This document shows positions 46,727 to 55,329 of a stretch of DNA of 64,000 nt, piece after piece; the first letter of the stretch is position 1, and each line of letters opens with the position of its first letter. The notes beneath the pieces are model-generated. The model was given only the letters and a program-made list of their open reading frames with translations, had not been told where the DNA came from and did not search any database. Source of the DNA: an uncultured delta proteobacterium (GTDB lineage Bacteria; Desulfobacterota; BSN033; UBA1163); the NCBI GenBank assembly GCA_963731045.1, contig CAVSVC010000018.1:26496-90495 (forward strand). Reading direction: 5' to 3'. The translations under genes were made by a program, and so were the position numbers.

Positions 46727-49700
46727 CCGCGGGCTGAGTTCGTGATCCTTGAGAAACGCTTCTGCCGAGGCCCGGGCAACCTGGGCCGCCAGCGCAGCGC
46801 CTGCCTAGAAAGGCATTCACTCGATCCGAGAGTCCGTGGTACGACCCGGTAAAGGCCCGGCTGAGGGGTATGAAAGAAGGCGAAATTGTAGCGATAGAAC
46901 TTCTTCAGACCGATCAGGTCCTCGGGAATGGCCAGGGAAAGGACACTTTTCTCGGTCAGACAGACGATGTCCGCTCGCCAGTGTAACTTCTTTCCTCCCA
47001 CCTGAACACCCACCCTGAAGTCGCCGATGTGGCCGGAGATCTCCTCGATGGTGGCGTGTTTCACATGGATGATGTTCTGACCCGAGACGAGGGAACCCGG
47101 CGGAAAGAGGTTCGAGATCGCAGGCCCCTGGTCATCTGCGAGGCTGCAATGGTGGACCAGCCGAACACGAAAGCCCTGGAGATCGAGGTTCAGCGCCGCA
47201 CTCATCCCGATTTCCGAGCCGCCCAGGATCAGGATATCCTTCCCGATCTCGGTGATTCCCTGCCGGAGGGGCCCCAGGAAGCGGGTCCGGATGAAGGCTG
47301 CTCGCAAGAGATCCCGCGTCCGGGTCACGATTTCATCTTCGGAAAGCCCCTCGACGGAGAGGTAGTCACGAAGGTTGATCATTTCGAAGCTGCCCCGGTC
47401 CAGACCGTGTTCGTCGAAGAGGTGAATCCGGGTGCGGTTTCGCTGATCGTTGCAGGAGATGCACTGGAACTCGAGGGGACAGCAGGCACAGGAGGCCAGG
47501 ATGACGCGGCTGAGCCGATGTTTCTTCACCGCGGACGCGATTTGGTCTGAGCCTCGGGGATGACAGGCGGAAAAGATCAGTTCGCTGTGCACCACGTCCG
47601 GCCCTTTTTTCGCCATGTCCAGGATCCGGTTCAGGGCGGACTCCGGCGCCATGGTTCCGTTGCAGGTGCAGAAAAATACGCCCAGCCGGGTTCGATCCGG
47701 GAGATGGGGCTTTCGTTTCGGTTCCGGCACGGGTTTGGACCGGAGCGGAGCGGCCAGGGCAATGGCTTGGCCTGCCGCGGCACTTCCCGCAATCATCATG
47801 TCGATCAGATCGGGTTTGAGTTCACCCACGTGGAAAACATTTCGGAGTTCCCGGTAGTCTCCCGGCGGCATCTCCTGAGCGTCTGCGACGATGACGCCCG
47901 GGCTGATAAAATCGAGCCGTCTCGATTTTCGGAAATGGTCGATCGCTCCGACTTCGGAGCAGACGCTTTCGCAGCTTCGGCACTCGCAACAGGCGCTGCA
48001 TTGAAGACAGCGCTTGGCTTCGGCAATGGCCTGATCCGTGGTCAACCCCAGGTTTACTTCTTCAAAATCGCGACGGCGCACTTTGATCTGCCTCTGGGCC
48101 ATCTCATGCCGAGGCTGCTGGGGAAGATCCTCCGAGATCGTTCTGTAGTCCCCCGCACCATGGGCGGGAATGGGCAACTCGACAAGGGGAGAAGGCTCTC
48201 CGGTCAGGGACTCGATGATTCTTCCCGCTGCAATTCGACCCTGCGCCATGGAGGCGAGTACCGTTGAAGGGCCGGCGACCACGTCGCCCCCCGCCCAGAT
48301 TTTCGAATTCCGGGTTCTGAGATCATGACCTACTCGAAGGGCGTTGAGGGTGACCTCCACTCCGGTGTCTTTCGTCAGGAGGTCGAGATCCGGGGTCTGT
48401 CCTGCTGCGGAGATGACGGTTTCCACCTCCACCCGGATTTCGGAACCGGGCACCGGCTTCGGCGTTCTCCTGCCCGAGCCGTCAGGATCGCCCATCTCCA
48501 TCCGAACGAGTTCCAGACCTGAAACCTTTCCGTCCTGAGTCAAGATCCGGACGGGACCTACTCGATACTCGATCCGAACCCCTTCCGCTTCCGCCTCAGC
48601 GATTTCCGTTTCCTGGGCCGGCATATCCTGGCGCTCGCGGCGGTAGAAAAGGGTCACTTCCGATCCCAGGCGGAGCGCAATGCGGGCCGAGTCGATGGCG
48701 GAGTTCCCTCCGCCGATCACGGCCACCTTCTTGCCGATCTTCATGCCCTGGCGTCGGTGGTGGTCCTTCAGCCATTCGACCGCGCCGAAAGATCCCTCGG
48801 CGTTCTCACCCGGGATGCCGAGGGGGATGCTCCGTTGTGCGCCCACCGCAAGAAAGATGGCGTCGAATTCTTTTTCCAGTTCTTCCAGCAGGACCTCCCG
48901 ACCGATGCAGGTGTTGCACTTCAGGTCTATGCCTGCCGCGAGGATTTCCCGGATCTCGCGATCCAGAATCTGCCGGGGGAGTCGATAAGCGGGGATGCCC
49001 CAGCGAAGCATGCCCCCCGCCGAGGACAGGGCTTCGAAGAGGGTCACGGAGAAACCGCTCCTGGCGAGGTAATGGGCGGCGGTGAGTCCTGCCGGTCCCG
49101 ACCCGACAACGGCCACCCGCTCTCTGCGGGAAGGTTTTGCCATGGATACGGGCAGATGGGCTCCGGACGGAGCGGTCTCATGATCGGCCGCATAGTCCGA
49201 AAGAAAGCGCTTGATATCGCGGATGGCCAGGGCCTGGTCCAGTTCCCCACGACGGCAGGAGACCTCGCAGGGATGATGGCAGACCCGGCCGCAGATCCCG
49301 GGCAGGGGGTTGTCTTCCCTGATGACAGCCAGCGCTTCCTCAAATCGTCCCGCTGCGGTCAGCGCCATGTAGGCCTGGACATTCAGTCCGAGAGGGCACT
49401 CCAATCTGCAGGGGCTTGTCTTTCGCTTGTCCAGCTCCAGTGCCCGGGAAGGGCAATAGGCCGGGGTACGGGAAAGCGGTAATCGGTCCTGCTGCTGAAG
49501 GGGACAGACTTCCGTGCAGCGGTTACACCCCGTGCAGAGATCGTAATCGATATAAATCGGATCCTGCTCTACCCGGACCCGGTAGCCTGCAGGGGTCGAT
49601 TCCAGGGACTCCACTCTGGCCCGTGTCAGCGGCGTTACCAAAGGGTGGCGGGTTACCCTGAGATAAAGGGGGCGGAACTGGAAATTCAAATCATCGGGCC

Positions 49701-49875
49701 ACTGAGGGACCTGCTCAACCCCTCCGGGCAATTCAAGGAAATGCTGTGCCCGGGTGACCCAGATGACCGGGACACCGGCCTGGGCCATATCCTCTGCCAC
49801 CTTCAGAGCCCCATAGCCCGATCCGACCAGCAACACGGCTTTCTCAGGGACCGCCATGTCTGAGAAAGGGGTCAT
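46570..49875 (-). CDS. HdrL-type large flavoprotein: HdrA-like domains fused to a GltD/NfnB-like NAD(P)H-binding module
   Basis: 1101-aa ORF. LLVGSGYG, CTGCNRCTEVCP, and a central GltD-like block (CGRVCHHPCE, VAVVGSGPAGLTAA, VAVIGGGNSAIDSA, WAGGDVV), then an HdrA-like region. The last roughly 90 residues of the ORF as listed are out-of-frame read-through. The ATG overlaps the korC stop (ATGA). Confidence 0.8.
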   Translation of the reverse strand: MTPFSDMAVPEKAVLLVGSGYGALKVAEDMAQAGVPVIWVTRAQHFLELPGGVEQVPQWPDDLNFQFRPLYLRVTRHPLVTPLTRARVESLESTPAGYRVRVEQDPIYIDYDLCTGCNRCTEVCPLQQQDRLPLSRTPAYCPSRALELDKRKTSPCRLECPLGLNVQAYMALTAAGRFEEALAVIREDNPLPGICGRVCHHPCEVSCRRGELDQALAIRDIKRFLSDYAADHETAPSGAHLPVSMAKPSRRERVAVVGSGPAGLTAAHYLARSGFSVTLFEALSSAGGMLRWGIPAYRLPRQILDREIREILAAGIDLKCNTCIGREVLLEELEKEFDAIFLAVGAQRSIPLGIPGENAEGSFGAVEWLKDHHRRQGMKIGKKVAVIGGGNSAIDSARIALRLGSEVTLFYRRERQDMPAQETEIAEAEAEGVRIEYRVGPVRILTQDGKVSGLELVRMEMGDPDGSGRRTPKPVPGSEIRVEVETVISAAGQTPDLDLLTKDTGVEVTLNALRVGHDLRTRNSKIWAGGDVVAGPSTVLASMAQGRIAAGRIIESLTGEPSPLVELPIPAHGAGDYRTISEDLPQQPRHEMAQRQIKVRRRDFEEVNLGLTTDQAIAEAKRCLQCSACCECRSCESVCSEVGAIDHFRKSRRLDFISPGVIVADAQEMPPGDYRELRNVFHVGELKPDLIDMMIAGSAAAGQAIALAAPLRSKPVPEPKRKPHLPDRTRLGVFFCTCNGTMAPESALNRILDMAKKGPDVVHSELIFSACHPRGSDQIASAVKKHRLSRVILASCACCPLEFQCISCNDQRNRTRIHLFDEHGLDRGSFEMINLRDYLSVEGLSEDEIVTRTRDLLRAAFIRTRFLGPLRQGITEIGKDILILGGSEIGMSAALNLDLQGFRVRLVHHCSLADDQGPAISNLFPPGSLVSGQNIIHVKHATIEEISGHIGDFRVGVQVGGKKLHWRADIVCLTEKSVLSLAIPEDLIGLKKFYRYNFAFFHTPQPGLYRVVPRTLGSSECLSRQALRWRPRLPGPRQKRFSRITNSARGWIRNGAAVAAAAWRSVPSTRFTSVRTRGGPIPPRSCVTTASDAGLVSDVVR

Positions 49876-50462
49876 GAGGCCTCCGGGGTTTGATCCAGTT
49901 TGGCCCGGCTCTTCCGGATGGCCTCTCCGTACTCGCGGCCGCGGTCAAAGGCTTTTCCGTTGTTTTCCCGGGTTCTATCCGGCACCGAACTGAGCATGGC
50001 CTGGCGTAAGGAGTCAACCTGCACGAGTTCGCTTACGGTGGAGAGAAACCCGAGCATGACGATGTTGGCCATCATTTTATTGCCGAGTTCCTGTGCGAAC
50101 CGGGTGGCCGGGAGGTGATAGGTGGTCCAGCTCGGATCCAGATCCCGGGTGCTGACCAGATCGGTGTCCCAGATCAGGAGTCCGCCGGACAGGAGAGAGG
50201 TAATATTTTTATCGAAGCCTTCCTGACTCATGCAGATCAAGACCTGTGCCTGCTGCACGTAAGGGAAGAGGATCTCCTCCTCGCTGATGATGACCTGGGA
50301 AGAGCAGGAACCTCCCCGCGCCTCCGGCCCATAGGCCTGGATCATGGTGGCGTGCTTCAGGTCATAGATGGTCGCGGCTTTGCCCAGGATGTTGCCGATC
50401 AGGATGATGCCCTGGCCGCCGAAGCCTGTGATCAAGATCTCTTTTTCCGCCCTGATTTCCAT
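49872..50462 (-). CDS. korC: 2-oxoacid:ferredoxin oxidoreductase gamma subunit
   Basis: Internal ATG at 50462 (MEIRAEKEILITGFGGQGIILIG...). The longer track ORF overlaps korB. Confidence 0.88.
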   Translation of the reverse strand: MEIRAEKEILITGFGGQGIILIGNILGKAATIYDLKHATMIQAYGPEARGGSCSSQVIISEEEILFPYVQQAQVLICMSQEGFDKNITSLLSGGLLIWDTDLVSTRDLDPSWTTYHLPATRFAQELGNKMMANIVMLGFLSTVSELVQVDSLRQAMLSSVPDRTRENNGKAFDRGREYGEAIRKSRAKLDQTPEAS

Positions 50463-50467
50463 GGGGA

Positions 50468-51364
50468 TTATGCTCCCGTCTGTTTTTCGGGCCTGGGAAT
50501 CTGACGTTCCAGCGCGGGCCAATCCCCCAGCTCCCGGCGGTTGATCAACTGATAGTTGTCCAGGAAGGTGGGTCTTTCGATGTCGACGAACTTTCCCACC
50601 ACCAGATGATTGTTGAAGTCCAACACCGCCTCTTTGGGGTCGATCTGGTTTCGGATGACCGAACGCTCGTGGAAGAATTTCAGCAGTTCCACCGAATTCC
50701 TCATTTTGTTCCGTCTTCCAAAGGCGGTTGGACAGGGGGCCAGGATCTCTATGAAAGAGAAACCCCGTTTCTGCATGGCTTCGATGAGCGAATCGGTCAG
50801 CCACCGAATGTGGAGAGCGGTCCAGCGGGCGACATACACGGCCCCGCAGGTGGCTGCCAGGGAGCAGAAGTTGAAAGGTTCTTCCGAATTCCCGATCGGG
50901 CTGGTGGTCGTTCTCGCCCCGAAAGGGGTGGAAGGGGCCGCCTGGCCGCCGGTCATGCCGTAGTTGAAATTATTCACGCACACAACGGTCAGATCCATGT
51001 TTCGCCGGGCCGCATGAATGAAGTGATTGCCGCCAATGGCAAAAAGGTCGCCGTCGCCCGAGGTCACGATCACAGAGCTGTCCGGTTTGGCCAGTTTCAA
51101 GCCGGTCGCAAAAGGGATGGCCCTGCCGTGGGTGGTGTGGAAGGAGTCCAAATTCAGATAGCCGGCCATGCGGCCGGTGCAGCCGATTCCGGAGACCATG
51201 GCCACATCGTTCAAGGGATATCCGGACTTCCGGATGGCTGTCAGGACGCAGCTGAAGACCGTGCCGATACCACACCCGGAACACCAGATGTGAGGGATCC
51301 GGTCGGTCCTCAACAGGTTGTCATGGGGATGGGCCGGGGGGGCCTTGCGTTTCTTCGTGCTCAT
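50468..51364 (-). CDS. korB: 2-oxoacid:ferredoxin oxidoreductase beta subunit (TPP-binding)
   Basis: ATG at 51364 overlaps the korA stop (ATGA). WCSGCGIG, GIGCTGR, GDGD...GGNH motifs. Confidence 0.9.
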   Translation of the reverse strand: MSTKKRKAPPAHPHDNLLRTDRIPHIWCSGCGIGTVFSCVLTAIRKSGYPLNDVAMVSGIGCTGRMAGYLNLDSFHTTHGRAIPFATGLKLAKPDSSVIVTSGDGDLFAIGGNHFIHAARRNMDLTVVCVNNFNYGMTGGQAAPSTPFGARTTTSPIGNSEEPFNFCSLAATCGAVYVARWTALHIRWLTDSLIEAMQKRGFSFIEILAPCPTAFGRRNKMRNSVELLKFFHERSVIRNQIDPKEAVLDFNNHLVVGKFVDIERPTFLDNYQLINRRELGDWPALERQIPRPEKQTGA

Positions 51365-52521
51365 GCCGTCTCCTTCAACGCCGCTTCGAGAACGGCAAGA
51401 ATTCTCTCCGGCCGGATGATCGTTCCGCCCGCATGGGATACCAGACGCACCGGGCAACGGCCGGCTGCGCAGCGTTCCAATTCCAGGACCATCTGTCCGT
51501 AATTGATCTCGGGCATCACCAGGGCACGCATCCTTCCGGCCAGATCCCGGATCATCTCTTCCGGGAAGGGCCAGACCGTGTTCAGCTTGACAACGCCCGC
51601 CTTGATTCCTCTCTGCCGGGCCTCGGCCACCGCTCGCTTGGCGGACCGGACACTGATCCCATAAGCCACGACCGCCACGTCCGCATCGTCCATGAGGAAA
51701 GTCTCGTAACGAACAATCCGGTCCACATTCTTTCGCACCTTTTGAACCAGGCGGTCGATCATCTCCTCCTGAGCGGCGGCGTCCATGACGGGATAACCGC
51801 GCTGATCGTGGGTCAATCCGGTGACGTGCATGTAATAGCCATCCCCAAAGGTTGCCATGGGCGCAACCCCATCGGCATCCGGACGATAGGGCAGGTGTTT
51901 TTCGGGCGGCCCCGAGGCCTTCTTGCGGTTGATGGCCTGTATCTTGTCGGCGGGTGGGATGACCACTCGCTCGTTCATGTGAGCGACGACTTCGTCGGCC
52001 AGGATGATGACCGGCAGCCGGTACTGCTCGGAGAGGTTGAAGGCCCAGATCGTAAAATCGAACATTTCCTGGGGAGAAGAAGGGGAGACAGCAATGATCT
52101 CATAGTGGCCATGGCTTCCCCAACGGGCCTGCATCATATCCCCCTGGCCGACCAGGGTGGGCAGTCCGGTGCTTGGACCGGCCCTCTGGACATTGCAGAC
52201 GACGCAGGGTGTTTCGGTGCAGAGTCCGAGCCCGATGTTCTCCATCATGAGGGAAAAACCGGGACCGGAGGTGCTCGTCATGGCCTTCAGGCCGCCCCAG
52301 CTTGCACCCAGGATTGCGGCCATGGATGCCAGTTCGTCCTCCATCTGGATGTAGACTCCCCCTACTTCGGGCAGCCTCTCCGACATCCGTTCCGCCACCT
52401 CCGTGGCGGGCGTAATCGGGTAGCCTGCAAAGAACCGGCAACCCGCAGCGATGGCTCCTTCGCAGCAGGCCTCGTCTCCGTTCATGAAATAGGTTCCGGT
52501 CAAAATGGCCTTTGAGGTCAA
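51361..52521 (-). CDS. korA: 2-oxoacid:ferredoxin oxidoreductase alpha subunit
   Basis: TTG at 52521 preceded by GGAGG. (M)TSKAILTGTYFMNGDEACCEGAIAAGCRFFAGYPITPATE is the family N-terminus. The longer track ORF overlaps korD. Confidence 0.88.
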   Translation of the reverse strand: MTSKAILTGTYFMNGDEACCEGAIAAGCRFFAGYPITPATEVAERMSERLPEVGGVYIQMEDELASMAAILGASWGGLKAMTSTSGPGFSLMMENIGLGLCTETPCVVCNVQRAGPSTGLPTLVGQGDMMQARWGSHGHYEIIAVSPSSPQEMFDFTIWAFNLSEQYRLPVIILADEVVAHMNERVVIPPADKIQAINRKKASGPPEKHLPYRPDADGVAPMATFGDGYYMHVTGLTHDQRGYPVMDAAAQEEMIDRLVQKVRKNVDRIVRYETFLMDDADVAVVAYGISVRSAKRAVAEARQRGIKAGVVKLNTVWPFPEEMIRDLAGRMRALVMPEINYGQMVLELERCAAGRCPVRLVSHAGGTIIRPERILAVLEAALKETA

Positions 52522-52615
52522 GCAATACCTCCAGTCAAAAAAAGACAGGCACCCGTGTCCGTGCAGATCGTAACTGACACGGGTGCGAATCACTGACACT
52601 CCCTGCGGCTGCGCT

Positions 52616-52882
52616 TCAGGTCTTGGGCGGCACCTCGACGGAGAAGATCGCAAAATCAGGGCAGAGGACTTCACAGAAATGGCAGTTGACGCATTTGTCC
52701 TCTTCCGCCACCTCCGGGAAAGTGTAGCCCTTGAGGTTGAATGTCTTCGACATCCGGAGGACGATGCGAGGGCAATACTCGACACACAATTCACAGCCCT
52801 TGCAGCGTTCTTTGAGGACGGTGACCTGCCCCTTTGTCACCTGAATGGTTCCCAGGTCAAGGGGAACGCGCCAGTATTTCAT
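52616..52882 (-). CDS. korD: 2-oxoacid:ferredoxin oxidoreductase delta subunit (2x[4Fe-4S] ferredoxin)
   Basis: CKGCELCVEYCP and CVNCHFCEVLCP. The D-A-B-C gene order matches oorDABC/korDABC-type enzymes. ATG at 52882 preferred over TTG at 52888. Confidence 0.85.
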   Translation of the reverse strand: MKYWRVPLDLGTIQVTKGQVTVLKERCKGCELCVEYCPRIVLRMSKTFNLKGYTFPEVAEEDKCVNCHFCEVLCPDFAIFSVEVPPKT

Positions 52883-53100
52883 CGTCAAATGCCTCTTGTC
52901 TTACGGGTCGGCAAATTGCCTTTGAGGTCCCGGTTGGGATAGAAAAAGTTCCGTCGGATTTCCTGGCCGGGAAGCGTTAGAAGACCATCATGATTACCCA
53001 TAAAAGTAACAGGAATTCCCTGATTCCGCAAATCCGCATTACATCCTTTCCCCTCTTTTTGGTTTGATTTCCGAGGCCCATGTGCTAAGATCGTCTGAAA

Positions 53101-53931
53101 TTGACTGAATTCAAGGGCACCCTGATGCTGCCTTCGCCGCAAATACAGAGAAACCTGATTCAGGTCTGGGGCTTCGTCTTTAAGAATTGGATCATCGCCA
53201 AGAGGAATATCTTCACCCTCTTTGAGATCCTCTTCTGGCCCGTGGTAGGCTTCTTTTCCGTGGGACTCCTGACGAGTTTCCTTGAGCTGGACCCGAACAA
53301 AACCGGGTTTATTCTCGTCGGCATCATCTCGATGAGTGTGATTCAGGTCTGCCAGATCGATGTGGCCTACGTCCTTCTCTACGACCTCTGGTCCAAATCC
53401 CTCAAACACAGTTTCATCGCTCCGATCCAACCTTTTCAACTCCTATTCGGCTCCTGGCTGATCGGGGTGATCCGGTCCTTCTGCGTCTTCGTACTGCTCT
53501 CGGTCTGCAGCTCCCTGGTGTTCGGCCTCGACTTCCTGAAACCGGGAATCGGCCCTCTCTGCCTCTTTCTGCTGGGGCTTTTCCTGACGGCGGCCTGTGT
53601 CGGGATGAGCGTCTGTATTCTGGTTCTGCTGTTCGGGTATATGGCCGATATTGCAGCCTGGTCGTTAAGCAGCCTGATCTTTCTGGTCTGCGGAATTTAC
53701 TACCCCGTCTTCATCCTTCCTTTTCCCCTCCCCGAAATAGCCCAGGCCATCCCTTTGACCTATTTCCTGGCATACTTTCGTTCCTTCTACGGATTCGACG
53801 AAGGGCTTAAGAACGTCTTAGGTTGGGGGTTCGGTCTGGCGGGCATCTATATTGTCGCGGAGGCATACCTTTTTAGGGTCGTGCTCCACCGTGCAAGAAG
53901 GACCGGTTTGCTCATCAAACTCTCGGAGTGA
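53101..53931 (+). CDS. ABC-2 type transporter permease
   Basis: 276 aa with six predicted hydrophobic segments. N-terminal ...FKNWIIAKRNIFTLFEILFWPVVGF is typical of the ABC-2 family. The start may be the ATG at 53125. Confidence 0.8.
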   Translation: MTEFKGTLMLPSPQIQRNLIQVWGFVFKNWIIAKRNIFTLFEILFWPVVGFFSVGLLTSFLELDPNKTGFILVGIISMSVIQVCQIDVAYVLLYDLWSKSLKHSFIAPIQPFQLLFGSWLIGVIRSFCVFVLLSVCSSLVFGLDFLKPGIGPLCLFLLGLFLTAACVGMSVCILVLLFGYMADIAAWSLSSLIFLVCGIYYPVFILPFPLPEIAQAIPLTYFLAYFRSFYGFDEGLKNVLGWGFGLAGIYIVAEAYLFRVVLHRARRTGLLIKLSE

Positions 53932-53939
53932 TTAAAGGC

Positions 53940-54100
53940 CAGTGATCAGTAATCAGTGACCAGTGACCAGTAATCAGTAATCAGTGAAACAGGGTCCTTA
54001 AAGAGAGATCTGCAACCGCCGATCAGCAACCAGATACCATTAACCAGACCAACAGAAATAAATCGCTACTTGTTTGACTGATTACTGATTACTGGTTACT
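53940..54100. repeat. Inverted pair of heptanucleotide tandem arrays (AGTGATC-type x7 / GATTACT-type x4)
   Basis: 53940-53988: AGTGATC AGTAATC AGTGACC AGTGACC AGTAATC AGTAATC AGTGAAA. 54073-54100: TTTGACT GATTACT GATTACT GGTTACT. It sits between the convergent permease and glpB and abuts the glpB stop. Confidence 0.85.
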
Positions 54101-55329
54101 TATCCTTTCAGGGCATTTTTGGCCGCTGCATATCCCGTTGAGATTGAAATCCCTTCCCTGGAGCCTTCCTCGATGGAATGGTGGCCTGAGAGGATGGAGC
54201 CTGCAACCCAGACATTTTCGAAGATGGGATCCCCGTTTTCGTTGATGGGATGAAGCGATGAATCCACCTGGATGCCGGAGGAATGAATGGCATGGGAAGG
54301 GGCTGCGAAAAAGGAATTTTCGAACCAGTCTTTTTGTGATCCGGGTTGTTCTATCGGAAGGTGAAAGAGAGGTTCCGAAATCTTCTCCCGGTCCGCTGTC
54401 AGGCCTCCTCCGATGAATCGCCCCGTGGCAAGGATATATCGATCCGCCGAGTAAGAAGTGATGACTGGAGGATGGTGAACCCGAACCTCTGCGCACCTCT
54501 TTTCCTTGACGCCGACCTCTGAAACAGAGTATCCCAGAAGAACAGTGACTCCGTTTTCGATCAGCCATTCCTTGAAACGGTAGAATATTCTCATCCCCGG
54601 GATCGAAGGAGGCAAGGTTGGAATCTCAAAAACCTCGACTCCGATGATCTGTTCAAGGCCCTTTTTAACTTGAAAGGGATCTTTCACCCCCAACACGGCA
54701 GGGAAGCCCACGCGGGTTTCGCCCTTCAGTTGTTTCTTAATCTCCTCGGCGATCCTGTTCCTGAAGGATGCTCTCTCCATCCAGCGTGCAAGGGCCGTGG
54801 CAGTGATCTCCCGGTTGGAACATTCGGGGAGTGAGAGGATCCTCTTTCGACATTCGAAACGGTCTGCCATATACCCGGCGTAAAAATCCTTGAACCCTTT
54901 GAAGCCGACGAACAGGGCATCCCCTTTTTTCAAAGAAACACCGGCTGTCATCGTACTGGGAACATAACGGGTTGACCTGAATGTTCCCGCCCCGGTAGGG
55001 GTGAGACCGTTTCCGTTGCCGAACGAATGAAAGGAATAGGGAGGAGGGAAAAGGGAAAGGAAGGAGGAAAGGGCTTCCTGGATCCTGTCCGGTTCCAGCT
55101 TTGCGTAGGGGTGTCCGGGGTGATCCTTCACCCACCTGGAAAGACCCTCACCGATGCTCATCGTCTCCGGAAGTTGTCCAAGAACATCAATGGTGTTTGA
55201 AAAAAGGGAGAGGGTACCTATCCCCTTTCCAATGATGAGGACTTTCTTTCTCTCCTCTGCGGCTGTCTTGGCCGCCATGAGTCCGGAGAGTCCCATGCCG
55301 ATAATGATGAGGTCGTAATGCATCATCAC
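54100..55329 (-). CDS. glpB: Anaerobic glycerol-3-phosphate dehydrogenase subunit B
   Basis: 409 aa. YDLIIIGMGLSGLMAA dinucleotide fold. Family-typical length and position after glpA with overlapping start. Confidence 0.85.
   Translation of the reverse strand: MMMHYDLIIIGMGLSGLMAAKTAAEERKKVLIIGKGIGTLSLFSNTIDVLGQLPETMSIGEGLSRWVKDHPGHPYAKLEPDRIQEALSSFLSLFPPPYSFHSFGNGNGLTPTGAGTFRSTRYVPSTMTAGVSLKKGDALFVGFKGFKDFYAGYMADRFECRKRILSLPECSNREITATALARWMERASFRNRIAEEIKKQLKGETRVGFPAVLGVKDPFQVKKGLEQIIGVEVFEIPTLPPSIPGMRIFYRFKEWLIENGVTVLLGYSVSEVGVKEKRCAEVRVHHPPVITSYSADRYILATGRFIGGGLTADREKISEPLFHLPIEQPGSQKDWFENSFFAAPSHAIHSSGIQVDSSLHPINENGDPIFENVWVAGSILSGHHSIEEGSREGISISTGYAAAKNALKG

Noticed and set aside
41220-53100. 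Mobile-element hallmarks for the putative insertion
   Set aside because: I recognised no integrase, transposase, tRNA or clear terminal direct or inverted repeats. Only the TA pair hints at mobility, so I did not call a mobile_element feature.
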